A stretch of 64,000 nucleotides of DNA from a virus (IMGVR_UViG_3300036832_000455:3274-67273), one strand, 5' to 3'. Counted from the first letter of the stretch, positions 18,411 through 28,289 are shown. Translations and numbers: made by a program. The notes: generated by a model from the sequence alone, not told the origin.

Positions 18411-18461
18411 GGTCGCCCATCATTTTGACACTTGTGACCACAAAGGAACTTATGTTATAAT
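18411..18461 (+). promoter_or_regulatory. conserved phage promoter P1
   Basis: GTCGCCCATCATTTTGACAC-TTGTGA-N18-TATAAT. Confidence 0.75.
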
Positions 18462-18490
18462 AAGTGGTAAAATAGAGAGAGGGCAAGCAG

Positions 18491-18808
18491 TTGACCAACA
18501 TTAATATATCGAACCAGCTCGACGATGATGACATTGATTTCCTAGGCGGTACTGTGATCGAGATGTTGGTCACGGGGACGATCAAATTGGAAGGATCTAC
18601 AAGAACCAAGCGTAAAGCCTTGAACCAAATGTGCGACGCAGTGCGCCTTGGTTTGGTCAAAGGAACGATGGATCCCAAGTTGGTCGATGTCCTTGTAGGG
18701 CTCTACAAGGTATGGCTTAAGGCGGTTAACCTTCCAGTAGAGCTCCAACCGCAAGCGGTCCAACTAGAAGGCAAGTTAATGCTTCTCCAAGGCAAACAGG
18801 TTCATTAA
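18491..18808 (+). CDS. hypothetical early protein
   Basis: first ORF after P1; GAGG SD, TTG start. Confidence 0.55.
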   Translation: MTNINISNQLDDDDIDFLGGTVIEMLVTGTIKLEGSTRTKRKALNQMCDAVRLGLVKGTMDPKLVDVLVGLYKVWLKAVNLPVELQPQAVQLEGKLMLLQGKQVH

Positions 18809-18814
18809 CGCGTC

Positions 18815-18847
18815 AACCAAACCAAACCAAACCAAACCAAACCAAAC
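18815..18847. repeat. (AACCA)6 microsatellite in an A/C-rich leader
   Basis: direct reading. Confidence 0.85.
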
Positions 18848-18865
18848 AACAAGGTACAAAACAAC

Positions 18866-19195
18866 ATGAATACCAAGCTCGAAGACCTACTGCATAGCAT
18901 GATCGACGATGGCACCATAGAGGATCGCCGTGAGTACGATCAACAAATGCTCAAAACCATGTACGATCTGACGGACGAAGAATCGATCGACCTCGAGTGG
19001 TTGATCATGAACGAGTTCGATCCGCAAATGCCTCTAGCGATCCGAACGCTCGAAACGCTCCACGGCAAACAAATGCGGGAGTTCCTGATCGAGGCTCTCC
19101 ACGGCAACCTCGACGGTTGGGACAGCGAGCACGACAGAGTGACGATCCTACGGTTCATACAAGATATGGTCCGATTCGTCAAGGCAACCGACTAA
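18866..19195 (+). CDS. acidic hypothetical early protein
   Basis: 109 aa, D/E-rich, AAGG SD. Confidence 0.6.
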   Translation: MNTKLEDLLHSMIDDGTIEDRREYDQQMLKTMYDLTDEESIDLEWLIMNEFDPQMPLAIRTLETLHGKQMREFLIEALHGNLDGWDSEHDRVTILRFIQDMVRFVKATD

Positions 19196-19222
19196 TAACC
19201 AAACACGGAAGGAACAACACAT

Positions 19223-19453
19223 ATGTCAACCGAAGCACTCTCGGGCTACGAGTTCAAGATCGACCAGCTCAAGCAGGTGAGTTTGACTTTTACCAAGGGG
19301 ACGTGGGAAACGATCGCAACCGCACTAAAGGATTGTGCGGATCTCATGGACAACACAGCAAAGGGAGAACCACACCCGGACGATCAAGAGCGGTGCAGGG
19401 CAATTGCCCAAGAGGACAGAGATCTGGCCGAACAGATCTTTGCAAACCTGTAA
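19223..19453 (+). CDS. hypothetical early protein
   Basis: 76 aa, AAGGA SD. Confidence 0.55.
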   Translation: MSTEALSGYEFKIDQLKQVSLTFTKGTWETIATALKDCADLMDNTAKGEPHPDDQERCRAIAQEDRDLAEQIFANL

Positions 19454-19482
19454 CACAAACCAACAAACAAGGAACAACACAC

Positions 19483-19863
19483 ATGTCTTCATGCTTCTTC
19501 CTCGCGATCAGTGCAGAGGACGGTACGCACTACGAACGTTACGACTCGATCCCACAGGTTTATGAGGCGGCCGACGCTCAGATGGGCTACATAGTCCCAC
19601 GAACAGTAAAAACATTCACAGACGATTGGGGCCGTCGACTGAACATCGAGGAGTGGCCGAGCTGGATGACACAACAAACACGACTCGCCTATAACGAAGC
19701 GTTCAACAATCGGGAATGTGGGTTCGCGACCAAGAAGGATCACGAACTCCTCGACCGCATCGAGAGCGGACGCGATTGGAGCGACAGAATCGAGCGAGCA
19801 AGGATCCCAGAAGGTCAACGCACTAGTCTGACAGGAGGGATCAAGCCTTACCCAAACAAATAG
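19483..19863 (+). CDS. hypothetical early protein
   Basis: true start likely MSSCFF at 19483 after AAGGA. Confidence 0.55.
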   Translation: MSSCFFLAISAEDGTHYERYDSIPQVYEAADAQMGYIVPRTVKTFTDDWGRRLNIEEWPSWMTQQTRLAYNEAFNNRECGFATKKDHELLDRIESGRDWSDRIERARIPEGQRTSLTGGIKPYPNK

Positions 19864-19880
19864 TCACAGGTAAAATGAAG

Positions 19881-19930
19881 GGCAACCATCATTTTGCCAC
19901 TAGATTACCATCAAAGACACGCTATATAAT
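19881..19930 (+). promoter_or_regulatory. conserved phage promoter P2
   Basis: GGCAACCATCATTTTGCCAC-TAGATT-N18-TATAAT. Confidence 0.7.
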
Positions 19931-20051
19931 AGGGGTATGCAAAGGAATCATATGACCCAATACATACCACACACAAGGTCATATGGTTCCAATGCTACGA
20001 GCCGAGCGCATGTGCGTCTTGGTAACCCATGGTCAATAGGAGCAAGTCACC

Positions 20052-20732
20052 ATGGAAACTAACCCAACTAACGAGCCTACTAACGAGACCGAAGAGGTCA
20101 AGCCGACCGCTGAGGTACAGGCTCAGCCCACTACCGAAGTCTCTGACCCGCCCAAGGATACAGACACCAAGGACTCGAACGAGGTCGTCAGCGAAGCACC
20201 GATCCAAGAGGTACATGCAGCCCTCGCGGCGAGCGTGCAAGAGACCCAGATCGCACAGGGCGTCATGGGGAATCATCCTAACCAGATGATGGCACCACGG
20301 ATGGGTACGACAGCAGGAGCGATGGCTCCAGCGCAAGTCATCCAAGCGCCCAAGGTGATGCCGGTCTTTCCGCCATCAGAGAACTACAAGATGATGTTGG
20401 ATAGGCTGCCTAATAAGTCGGCGAAGATCAGGGCGATGCACCGAGACGGGTACACGACGAGCCAGATCAGTCGGCACCTGGGGATCCTGTATCAGCACGC
20501 ACGTAACGTGCTGAACCAGATCATCAAGCGTCCCACCGAGAACCAGATGGGGAGCCTGCCGATGGTGGTGTATCTGCCAACCAAGGTGGACGAAAACAAG
20601 CTCAACACCGAGGCAGCCAAGCTGAACCTGACGCCAGACGAGCTGCGTAAGATCGTGGCAGACGTACAGGATCAGCTGCCCACGGAGGTCATGAACGAAC
20701 TGCAGAGGGACTCAGAGACGAAGGCGGCCTAA
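20052..20732 (+). CDS. protein containing HTH-like domain, paralog 4
   Basis: KSAKIRAMHRDGYTTSQISRHLGILYQHARNVL after an acidic disordered N-terminus. Confidence 0.7.
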   Translation: METNPTNEPTNETEEVKPTAEVQAQPTTEVSDPPKDTDTKDSNEVVSEAPIQEVHAALAASVQETQIAQGVMGNHPNQMMAPRMGTTAGAMAPAQVIQAPKVMPVFPPSENYKMMLDRLPNKSAKIRAMHRDGYTTSQISRHLGILYQHARNVLNQIIKRPTENQMGSLPMVVYLPTKVDENKLNTEAAKLNLTPDELRKIVADVQDQLPTEVMNELQRDSETKAA

Positions 20733-20787
20733 CAACCACAACCTAGTATAAGGAGGGAGCCCTAGAAATAGGGCTCCTATGCTTAAC

Positions 20788-21198
20788 ATGAAAAGAACAA
20801 TACTACTATCAGTCACAGCCTTACTCGCGCTGAGTGGTTGTACCTATCAGTTCGAACTCCCGTCAGCAACGCCGATCTCAAGTACACCAGTGCTCAGCGA
20901 CGAAGCCGTACCAAACACGTGGAATCTCCCCAGACTCTCAGTGCCACACAATCTGTACCGCGACGATCCAGCTACAGCATACCAAGTGCAACGTAACGAC
21001 ATGATGCTACGCAGCAGGGTAGAGTTGTTCAGTCACCGCAAAGACATCCCGTTAGCAGATCGACAGCGCTATGCGAGAGCATACGCGGACGACATCTACA
21101 AGGCCAACTGTGATCACCACTATCACCCAAGCGACACAACCGATTGCACAAAGATCGGCCACTACTATCCGTGGGAACACAACGGCGACACAGAGTGA
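20788..21198 (+). CDS. putative lipoprotein
   Basis: MKRTILLSVTALLA-LSGC lipobox. Confidence 0.6.
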   Translation: MKRTILLSVTALLALSGCTYQFELPSATPISSTPVLSDEAVPNTWNLPRLSVPHNLYRDDPATAYQVQRNDMMLRSRVELFSHRKDIPLADRQRYARAYADDIYKANCDHHYHPSDTTDCTKIGHYYPWEHNGDTE

Positions 21199-21221
21199 CC
21201 ACGCAATCGGTGCAATCCGGA

Positions 21222-21250
21222 AGGGCGCAAAGCGCCCTCTCTTTCTTCTC
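21222..21250 (+). terminator. intrinsic terminator
   Basis: AGGGCGC-AAA-GCGCCCT-CTCTTTCTT. Confidence 0.6.
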
Positions 21251-21300
21251 GGCCCGTAAAGGGCGCATTGGTGTTACTATTGGACAATAGTAAAAAGAAG

Positions 21301-21350
21301 GTCGACTATCATTTGGACTCTTGATTTGACCAGAGACCTTGATGTATAAT
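21301..21350 (+). promoter_or_regulatory. conserved phage promoter P3
   Basis: GTCGACTATCATTTGGACTC-TTGATT-N18-TATAAT. Confidence 0.8.
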
Positions 21351-21384
21351 AGAAAGAAAATACCGAAGACACTTTACCTGTAAC

Positions 21385-22820
21385 ATGAAGGAACAAAACA
21401 TGACAAACGGTCCAAACCTAGCACAAGTAGTATCCCCCTTCTCCTGGACGGTAACAATCGATGGCGAACTTGAATCCAAGTTCGCTATGTACTGCCAAGA
21501 CATCAACGAGCTGCGCAGAGCGTTCGGTAGCAAGTCAGACTTCCGAGTCATCAACCCATCGATGATCGAGATCCGCCATCCGCTCAACCCCGAGCGCGTC
21601 TTCACAGCAAGGAGCTAACCAAGCACAATGAGCATGATCTGCATGGCTACGATTGCCGATACATCAGTGATCCTGTACGCAGTACAATCACTAGACAAGG
21701 TGGAGAACGATCCGATCCAAACCAGCTACGAGCTGCACTTCCACGATCTGCCGAGCGGCGAGCGGGGAGTGATGGTAGCCGATGGCGAAGCGGACGCAGT
21801 CAACTTGTTCGCCTCATGGCTTGTAGCGGACGAAACAGACATCGGCAAGCTTGAGCCGTACGTGAAGCGGTTGTACGACACATTCGGCGAGCGGGGTAAG
21901 TTTCTGCCATGAGTAGCAGCAACATCACAGACAACATGCACGACCTCGTTGAACACTTCAAATCACTAGACAGCTACCACGACTTTGAGGGGATGGCAGA
22001 CGCGAAAGCAGTCTTAGCAGTCTTAGCAGTCTGCCGTCACCCAGAGAGCCAACTCTACGTCTGGGAAGACATCAAGCCAGACAGGGTCCCAATAGACCTT
22101 GCTAGATCCCTACTGCTGGCGCACCTGTACGAACGCAGCGATACGTACCAACTAGACGATCTCAAGTACACCAACGTCGTTGACTTGTGGGAACTGCTTC
22201 TTACAGTGTTGAGTTGCCGATGGTGGTCTAAGGTAACAGGCAAGATCCTCACCCAGATCGAACAGTCAACCCCCACGGACGAGGGTGCGATGGGAGAGGA
22301 CGAGGGTGCGATGGGCAGCAATGAGGAGGAACCCACATAGATGACCCAGACCTACAAACGCGATCCTAAAAGCAGAGGCATCAGCTACGAGGTCTGGCGC
22401 CAAAGGGTGGAGGCTATCGTCCGTACCCAAACGCAGTTCGGAACGGACGACATAGCGGACTGGCGTTATGTGCTGGACTACGAGGAGGGCTACACTCCAA
22501 GGCAAACAGCCCAGCGAGCGATCAAGAATGCACAAACGTGAAGGATACATAACCCCCAGATGGTCAAAGAACCGAAACCAAGAAAGCGCGGACGTGACAT
22601 CTTACCGCAACGAAAGTTCCAAATCATGCTGACAAAGCAAGAACTAGGCACGATCATCGGCAGTCTACACGACACCCGATGTGAGCTGGAGCAACATATG
22701 GGGTCCCCAAAGACATCCCTACAGAACTACAGCGATATGAGCACCGAACACGAGCGAGCCAACGCTTTGTGGCTCAAGCTGATGAAGTTCCTAGCGGACC
22801 TCAAGTATGGTCCCCGGTAA
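21385..22820 (+). other. run of five small hypothetical early genes (21385-21618, 21628-21912, 21909-22340, 22341-22541, 22560-22820)
   Basis: tightly packed co-oriented ORFs after P3; no recognisable motifs. Confidence 0.55.
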
Positions 22821-22827
22821 AAAGAGT

Positions 22828-22877
22828 GTCGACCATCATTTTGACACTTGATTGACCTAAGGACCCTATGGTATAAT
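22828..22877 (+). promoter_or_regulatory. conserved phage promoter P4
   Basis: GTCGACCATCATTTTGACAC-TTGATT-N18-TATAAT. Confidence 0.8.
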
Positions 22878-22924
22878 AGAAAGAAAATACCAACTACCCT
22901 TCAACAAACAAAGGAACAAAGCCG

Positions 22925-24631
22925 ATGTCACACCACCACGCGAACATCATGAAGCTGGACACCGAAGGCAGACCCCAACTCGTGCGTTGTGCCACGAGAT
23001 GGGACGACGACTCAAAGTTCTACAGCGTCGACGAATGGATAGCCGTGCTGCGACTGCAATTGCAGCCAGGAGAGACGGTGTACATCACCAAGTACTTTCA
23101 ACAGGAAGACCACACTGGGTACCGTAGCGCGACCTCGAAGCAGGTCGCTCAGTTCAGTTACGGACAGTAACAAACAAACAAAGGAACAAACACACCAATG
23201 ACCTACAGCATCGATCTTGCCTATACCACAGTACCTGAAGACACAGGGCGAGCGCGGGATCAACATCCAGCGCTCCAGGAACCTGATCTCGACGACCACT
23301 TCGAAGAACCCCTGGGCGAACGCGACGAGAGCGGAATGGGGTTCGGAATGCGCGACATGCAGTGGATGGGGATCAGCGAACTCGACAAAGACAAGATCGT
23401 CGGGGCTCTTGAGAACATCACCAGTAATACCATCCTAAAGTCAAGGATCGCGTACATCACAATGTACGATGAGGACACCACTGAGCTGGTGTTCAGCTAC
23501 ACCGCAGAGTGGTACAATCAGTCGAGCGAAGTAAAGGGACAGAACTGATGCCTCGCACATACTACGACGAGAACTTTGGTCACTACGAGATCAACAGTGA
23601 GGAGGACGTCGAGTTCTACCACCAGATCCAACGGACGAACGTCAAGAAGATCTGCGAGGGCTGTGGACAAACCGTAAGGATCCAGCCCCAATACGCGTAC
23701 TGCAACAGCTGCGCAACAAAACTCGAGCGCGGTCTAGATCTGGAGTAACAACAATGAGCACAATCCGAAAGGCGGGAGCATCAGCAACCTTCATGCTCCA
23801 GGACATCACCAAGGGTGCTGTCCGATACCAGGAGATCAACGAGCACGGCAACGAGATGAAGATGTACAACCCCGAAACCCTGATCGGGACGCAGTATCTT
23901 CGACAGGGTAAGTTCAAGGCCTTTCGTGATGCCGAGGGCAACTGGCCTCAGTACATCACGATTACAGTTACGCCGGGCCTTGAGGACGCATCTCTAGAGG
24001 CGTAACATCACCGCAACCGACTCAATACAAGGGACACCAAAGCATGCCGAAGTACGAACTTGAACTCATCAAGGACGATATGGATGCTCTAGCTGAACTC
24101 GCTGACGAGAAGTGCAATGAGGCAGTCGAGGAGGCGGAGGCGGACGAGGACAGCGAAGAGGCTAAGGAAGCCGCAACTCAGTGGGAGCGGATCGCTAAGG
24201 CTCTTGCATCAGTGAAGTGGGAGGGCTCTGAGGAAGATCCGACGCCTCCGGCAGCGGCCTAGCTAGTCAAACGAGAGAGTCGTAGGTGATCTCACGGTGC
24301 AATCCAAAGGGCTTCGCCCTCACCTACGACTCTCACCCCGTATAGGGACGCGAGTGGCTACTGAACAGGAATCAAAGGACAAATGAGTAAGAACAGGATC
24401 ACGCACGACGACATAGCGAGAATGCCGCCTCACATACAGGCGCAGATCGCCAGTAAGATGGCGGAGCAGAACTCAAGTCTTCCAGCACCAAGAAGGGCAA
24501 AAGGGCATGGAGCACATGGACCCGCCTTCAAGGTCCAGCTGACGAAAGTACACTACATAAGCTTCGGTGCGTACTGCAGCCTACTGGTCGGGATTGCCAT
24601 AATGCTCATGGCTACGTTTCCTACACACTAG
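22925..24631 (+). other. run of small hypothetical early genes (22925-23170, 23198-23548, ~23548-23748 CxxC..CxxC, 23754-24005, 24044-24262 acidic, 24383-24631 C-terminal TM)
   Basis: co-oriented ORFs with SD sequences after P4. Confidence 0.55.
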
Positions 24632-24655
24632 CAAACCAGTCAAAAATAAATTGTG

Positions 24656-24705
24656 GGCGACCATCATTTGGACTCTTGATGACCCAAGATGCCTTATGAT
24701 ATAAT
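24656..24705 (+). promoter_or_regulatory. conserved phage promoter P5
   Basis: GGCGACCATCATTTGGACTC-TTGATG-N18-TATAAT. Confidence 0.8.
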
Positions 24706-24779
24706 AGAAAGAAACTACCGCCCAAAAGTAGCGAACGAACTGCCTAGTCGATTCACTTAACGCCATTAATAGGTAGGGG

Positions 24780-25799
24780 GTGGTTCATCATATGGTCAAG
24801 GATTTCAGGTTTACCATCACACTTGCCGACGTTAAGAACGGAACGAAGAGAGCAGACGTGAAGGCCAAACTAGAGTCGTTGACTAGCAGCTTCGCTCCAA
24901 AGTTCTGTAAATCAGTCAGGGTGAGTAGGTTCAATCCGGGTAACGAAGCTCGGAAGGGCCGGGTAATGCAGAAGATGGCGACAGACGTTATCATCAATGT
25001 GGTCTCGGATAAAGGGAAGGACAAATAAGCATGATGGACGGAGACGACGATCAAGGGTTCGTAACACAATGGCAGAAGATACCAATACCTAAGAACCCGC
25101 AACGAGCGCGCAAGCGGCTCAAAGCTAGTCAAACACTTCAAAGCCGGCGCGAGCGGTTCACCAAACACATCGAGGAGCAGGTCCCTGAGAGCCACGCATA
25201 CCTTCACGAGCTGCGAAACCGGTTCCCACCCAATAGAGACAGGAGCGCTAGTCTGTCACAGAGTCCCCGCATCTTCATTAGCGAGCAGGACGCATTCGAT
25301 ATGCTCTGTGCGGAATGTCTGCGTACGGAGAAGTTCCCCCAGGACATACTGAACAAAGGTAAGGCTACAGGATGGTTTGAGCGAATGCGTATGCTCGGTG
25401 AGAAGTACAACTGGGACGTGAAGATTAGCGTTCGGGATAAGGGGCAATAAGAGAATGGCACTGAGACTGGTTCGCAACCATAGCGATGATCGTCCCGAGG
25501 CTGAAGAGGCTCTAGCGAGATGGCAAGGGTCCGACAGCGTGTTCTTCCACAAGACCCAAGTAAAACTGGGAACGATCCTAATGAACTTCGGCCGAACAGA
25601 CCACAATAGTTTTTGGCGTGTCACTGGCATCAAATCGTACAAGGTCGCCTCCACAGGACGTATTCTGACATCGAATGTCAACACTGTGCAGAAGCTGAAT
25701 GACGACATCCTGATCACCAGACAAGACTCAAACGAGACCCGCCAGCTTAGCTTCGCCACCCTCTCCTACTCGGCTATCTGGAGGATCGTAAGCACATGA
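24780..25799 (+). other. three hypothetical genes (24780-25028, 25031-25450, 25455-25799)
   Basis: tightly packed ORFs after P5. Confidence 0.5.
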
Positions 25800-26188
25800 G
25801 ACAGATCAAAGTAGAGGCCTACGAAGTCCCAAGCGGCCTAGCATTCCATGCCAAACTGGGAGACACTCTGATCGTAGTGAACGGGGTGTGCGTAGGAGTC
25901 CAACAGGTTAACGGTGGTAGCGAGGTCCTCAGACTTGCTGCTCCAAAGCGACCCAAAATTGGAAGGTCGACAGACGTGGAAGAGGATGAGAGGATCCTCG
26001 CGGTCCTCAAGGAACATGGTCCCTTGAATGTAGCACACATCCTTGACGCCTTAAAGCTGGACCCGAAGGACGACAGGAGGAGGCTGTACGGCCAACGTGT
26101 GAATCGCATGGAAATGCGCGGCGTCCTACGCGTCGTGAAGGCTGACAAGCACAAAGTCAGACAGCGACGGTACGAGATAAAGCCGTGA
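25796..26188 (+). CDS. putative winged-helix DNA-binding protein
   Basis: RILAVLKEHGPLNVAHILDAL...RVNRMEMRGVLRV wHTH-like pattern. Confidence 0.5.
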   Translation: MRQIKVEAYEVPSGLAFHAKLGDTLIVVNGVCVGVQQVNGGSEVLRLAAPKRPKIGRSTDVEEDERILAVLKEHGPLNVAHILDALKLDPKDDRRRLYGQRVNRMEMRGVLRVVKADKHKVRQRRYEIKP

Positions 26189-26207
26189 CGACCAACAGAA
26201 TCAACAG

Positions 26208-26292
26208 TACAGAGGACTCCCAACCTCTGTATGGCTGGCAGCTGGGGTCATGGGTGGAGGCCCTCCGCCTCAGCTGTCAGTCTACTTGGGAG
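26208..26292 (+). ncRNA. putative structured, pseudoknotted RNA leader
   Basis: 8-bp stem whose loop CTCCCAA is complementary to downstream TTGGGAG, plus a 15-bp stem with G-U pairs. Confidence 0.45.
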
Positions 26293-26314
26293 ATCACGAC
26301 AAGGAGAGTAAACC

Positions 26315-27028
26315 ATGTATCGAGGTATGTTACTCGCTGCTACTGCACTGGGGGTCTTGGCTATGACTCCCATAGCAGCACGGGCCGGTACGATGCAGAT
26401 CTGCGTAGCAGAAGACGGTGGAGCCTTTGGCTGCTCCGCCACAAGCAGCACGGGAGCGCTCACTTTCAGCCCGTCGCTTGCCAACTTCGGCAACGTAACT
26501 GTCGCAAGCTCGGGAGTTCCGATCGAGAACAATCCCGATCTGGCAACGACTGACTTGAGTGCAGACACGATCACCGGATTCACAGGGACACACACCCTTG
26601 ACATCCGGGTCTTCCAGACAGGACTGACCTCGGTGAACGCGAATCTTCAGAGCACGTTCACTGTCAACAACCTGATCGGTACCAGCGCGTTTGCGGGGCC
26701 ATCTACTCTGAGCGACTTTACTGGAGGGTCGGGTACCAGCCTCGGCAATCCGCTCCACAGTGATACGTTCGGAGCCGTGCCTATCGGAGCCACGATCGAA
26801 GGGCCTACCCTGATCAACGGCATCACGTCGGACGCTCAGGAGTTCCTTGTCACCTTCACTCAGGCTGGACAAAGCGTGACTGACACGATCCAGACGATTG
26901 GGGTGGCAGCAGCGGTTCCTGAGCCGGGAAGCATGATGATCCTTGCTACTGGAGCGCTTGGCCTCTTGTGGGCCAGGAAGTCCGGACGTAAGATCTTCAA
27001 GCGGGACGACACGACTACAAACGCTTGA
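26315..27028 (+). CDS. PEP-CTERM sorting-domain surface protein 1
   Basis: signal peptide ending ARA; Thr/Gly-rich body; VPEPGSMMILATGALGLLWA-RKSGRK tail. Confidence 0.85.
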   Translation: MYRGMLLAATALGVLAMTPIAARAGTMQICVAEDGGAFGCSATSSTGALTFSPSLANFGNVTVASSGVPIENNPDLATTDLSADTITGFTGTHTLDIRVFQTGLTSVNANLQSTFTVNNLIGTSAFAGPSTLSDFTGGSGTSLGNPLHSDTFGAVPIGATIEGPTLINGITSDAQEFLVTFTQAGQSVTDTIQTIGVAAAVPEPGSMMILATGALGLLWARKSGRKIFKRDDTTTNA

Positions 27029-27093
27029 GACAACTGATGAGGTCCGAGGCTGAAATGCCTCGGACTTCAACCACACAAAAGGGATACGTTACT

Positions 27094-27864
27094 ATGAGAC
27101 ACAACGTACTGCTGAGCACGGTCGCTGCAGTGGCTCTGATGACAGTCGGGGCGGCTACAACTGCAACTACAGCCAACGCTACTATCATCTTCGATCCGAA
27201 TCCTGGTCCAGCTCTGCCAGGCCAAGAAGAGAACGTCATCTTCGAAGCCCCCGATCTGATTCCCGGTACCACCCAGATCGGCGATACGAACAGGACGCAG
27301 ACCAACGTCATCTTCGACACTACCTTCGCCAAAGGGACGGGCTCCATGGGCGGGTCGGGCACCGGGCAGTTCCTCGTCGCGGATGGCATTGGTCATGCCA
27401 ACCTCGTCTGCACTACGGGCGGTACTGCTTGCTTCGACGGTGGTGGCACGCACAACACGCAGCTTACGTCGCTGGAGATGAAGCCCGAAGCCGGCTTCGG
27501 ATGGGGCGACGCTCAGATGAACCTGGACTTCGGTGAGGGAACAGCGAACGTCTTCGTCACCGACAACATGGGGAATAACTTCTCGTTCACCTTGGGTAAC
27601 GGACAGAATAAGTTCAATCTGCTTGGAACCAACGGTGAGGTAATCACCGACATCCAAGTCACTCAGCTTACCGGCAGCAGCGGCCCCTTCGGCTTCGACA
27701 TGCTGAAGCAGCCGGATATCTCCAACGTCTGCACACTGACTGGCAACGGCACCTGCACGCCGATCATCGCCACTCCGGAGCCAACTAGCCTAGCGGTGAT
27801 GGGCGTAGGGCTTCTGGGTCTGACGTTCTTCGCTCGACGCAGGCGTGATCGTAACCAAGGGTAA
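27094..27864 (+). CDS. PEP-CTERM sorting-domain surface protein 2
   Basis: signal peptide ending ANA; TPEPTSLAVMGVGLLGLTFFA-RRRRDR tail. Confidence 0.85.
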   Translation: MRHNVLLSTVAAVALMTVGAATTATTANATIIFDPNPGPALPGQEENVIFEAPDLIPGTTQIGDTNRTQTNVIFDTTFAKGTGSMGGSGTGQFLVADGIGHANLVCTTGGTACFDGGGTHNTQLTSLEMKPEAGFGWGDAQMNLDFGEGTANVFVTDNMGNNFSFTLGNGQNKFNLLGTNGEVITDIQVTQLTGSSGPFGFDMLKQPDISNVCTLTGNGTCTPIIATPEPTSLAVMGVGLLGLTFFARRRRDRNQG

Positions 27865-27883
27865 CCAATGTAACTAGCGTAAC

Positions 27884-27924
27884 TGGGTATGCCGTCTAGC
27901 TCCCCGGACGGCATACCCACCTTT
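27884..27924 (+). terminator. stem-loop after the PEP-CTERM pair
   Basis: TGGGTATGCCGTC...GACGGCATACCCA-CCTTT. Confidence 0.55.
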
Positions 27925-27940
27925 AGCGGGAGAGAACAGA

Positions 27941-28210
27941 ATGTCACCAGAGGAGTTCAACCATCGCTCGATCATATCCAACATAGGGTCGAAGTACCCT
28001 ATCCGCTCGTCACAGTACAAGCACTCGAGGGAGTATGACTACCGTAACCACAACCACAGCTGGTCTAAGCACGACAGTGACGAGGAGGATAGGGACCCAC
28101 TTCATCTTCGCGTCGCCCGTGGAGTATTCTCCTCGGTCCTGTTCGTTATACCGATGTGGTTAGCACTTGCTCTGCTCGGCTGGATATGGCACAAGATCAA
28201 TTTTCTTTAG
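27941..28210 (+). CDS. small membrane protein
   Basis: C-terminal TM segment. Confidence 0.45.
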   Translation: MSPEEFNHRSIISNIGSKYPIRSSQYKHSREYDYRNHNHSWSKHDSDEEDRDPLHLRVARGVFSSVLFVIPMWLALALLGWIWHKINFL

Positions 28211-28260
28211 GTCGACCATCATTTTGACTCTTGAGGAACCCAATGACCCTATATTATAAT
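28211..28260 (+). promoter_or_regulatory. conserved phage promoter P6
   Basis: GTCGACCATCATTTTGACTC-TTGAGG-N18-TATAAT. Confidence 0.8.
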
Positions 28261-28289
28261 ACACCATAAGATAGCAGAGGGACAAACAG

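Noticed and set aside
22277-22316. Short 21-nt-period tandem duplication (DEGAMG x2)
   Set aside because: Simple in-frame duplication in a disordered C-terminus; no further signal.
21208-24305. GGTGCAATCC as tRNA T-arms
   Set aside because: No cloverleaf, acceptor stem or anticodon arm can be built around either copy; no tRNA was identified in the window.
27034-27072. CTGATGA followed by a hairpin, resembling a hammerhead ribozyme core
   Set aside because: The required GAAA after stem II is missing (reads GGACTTCAAC) and stems I/III are not evident; treated as a plain 12-bp intergenic hairpin.
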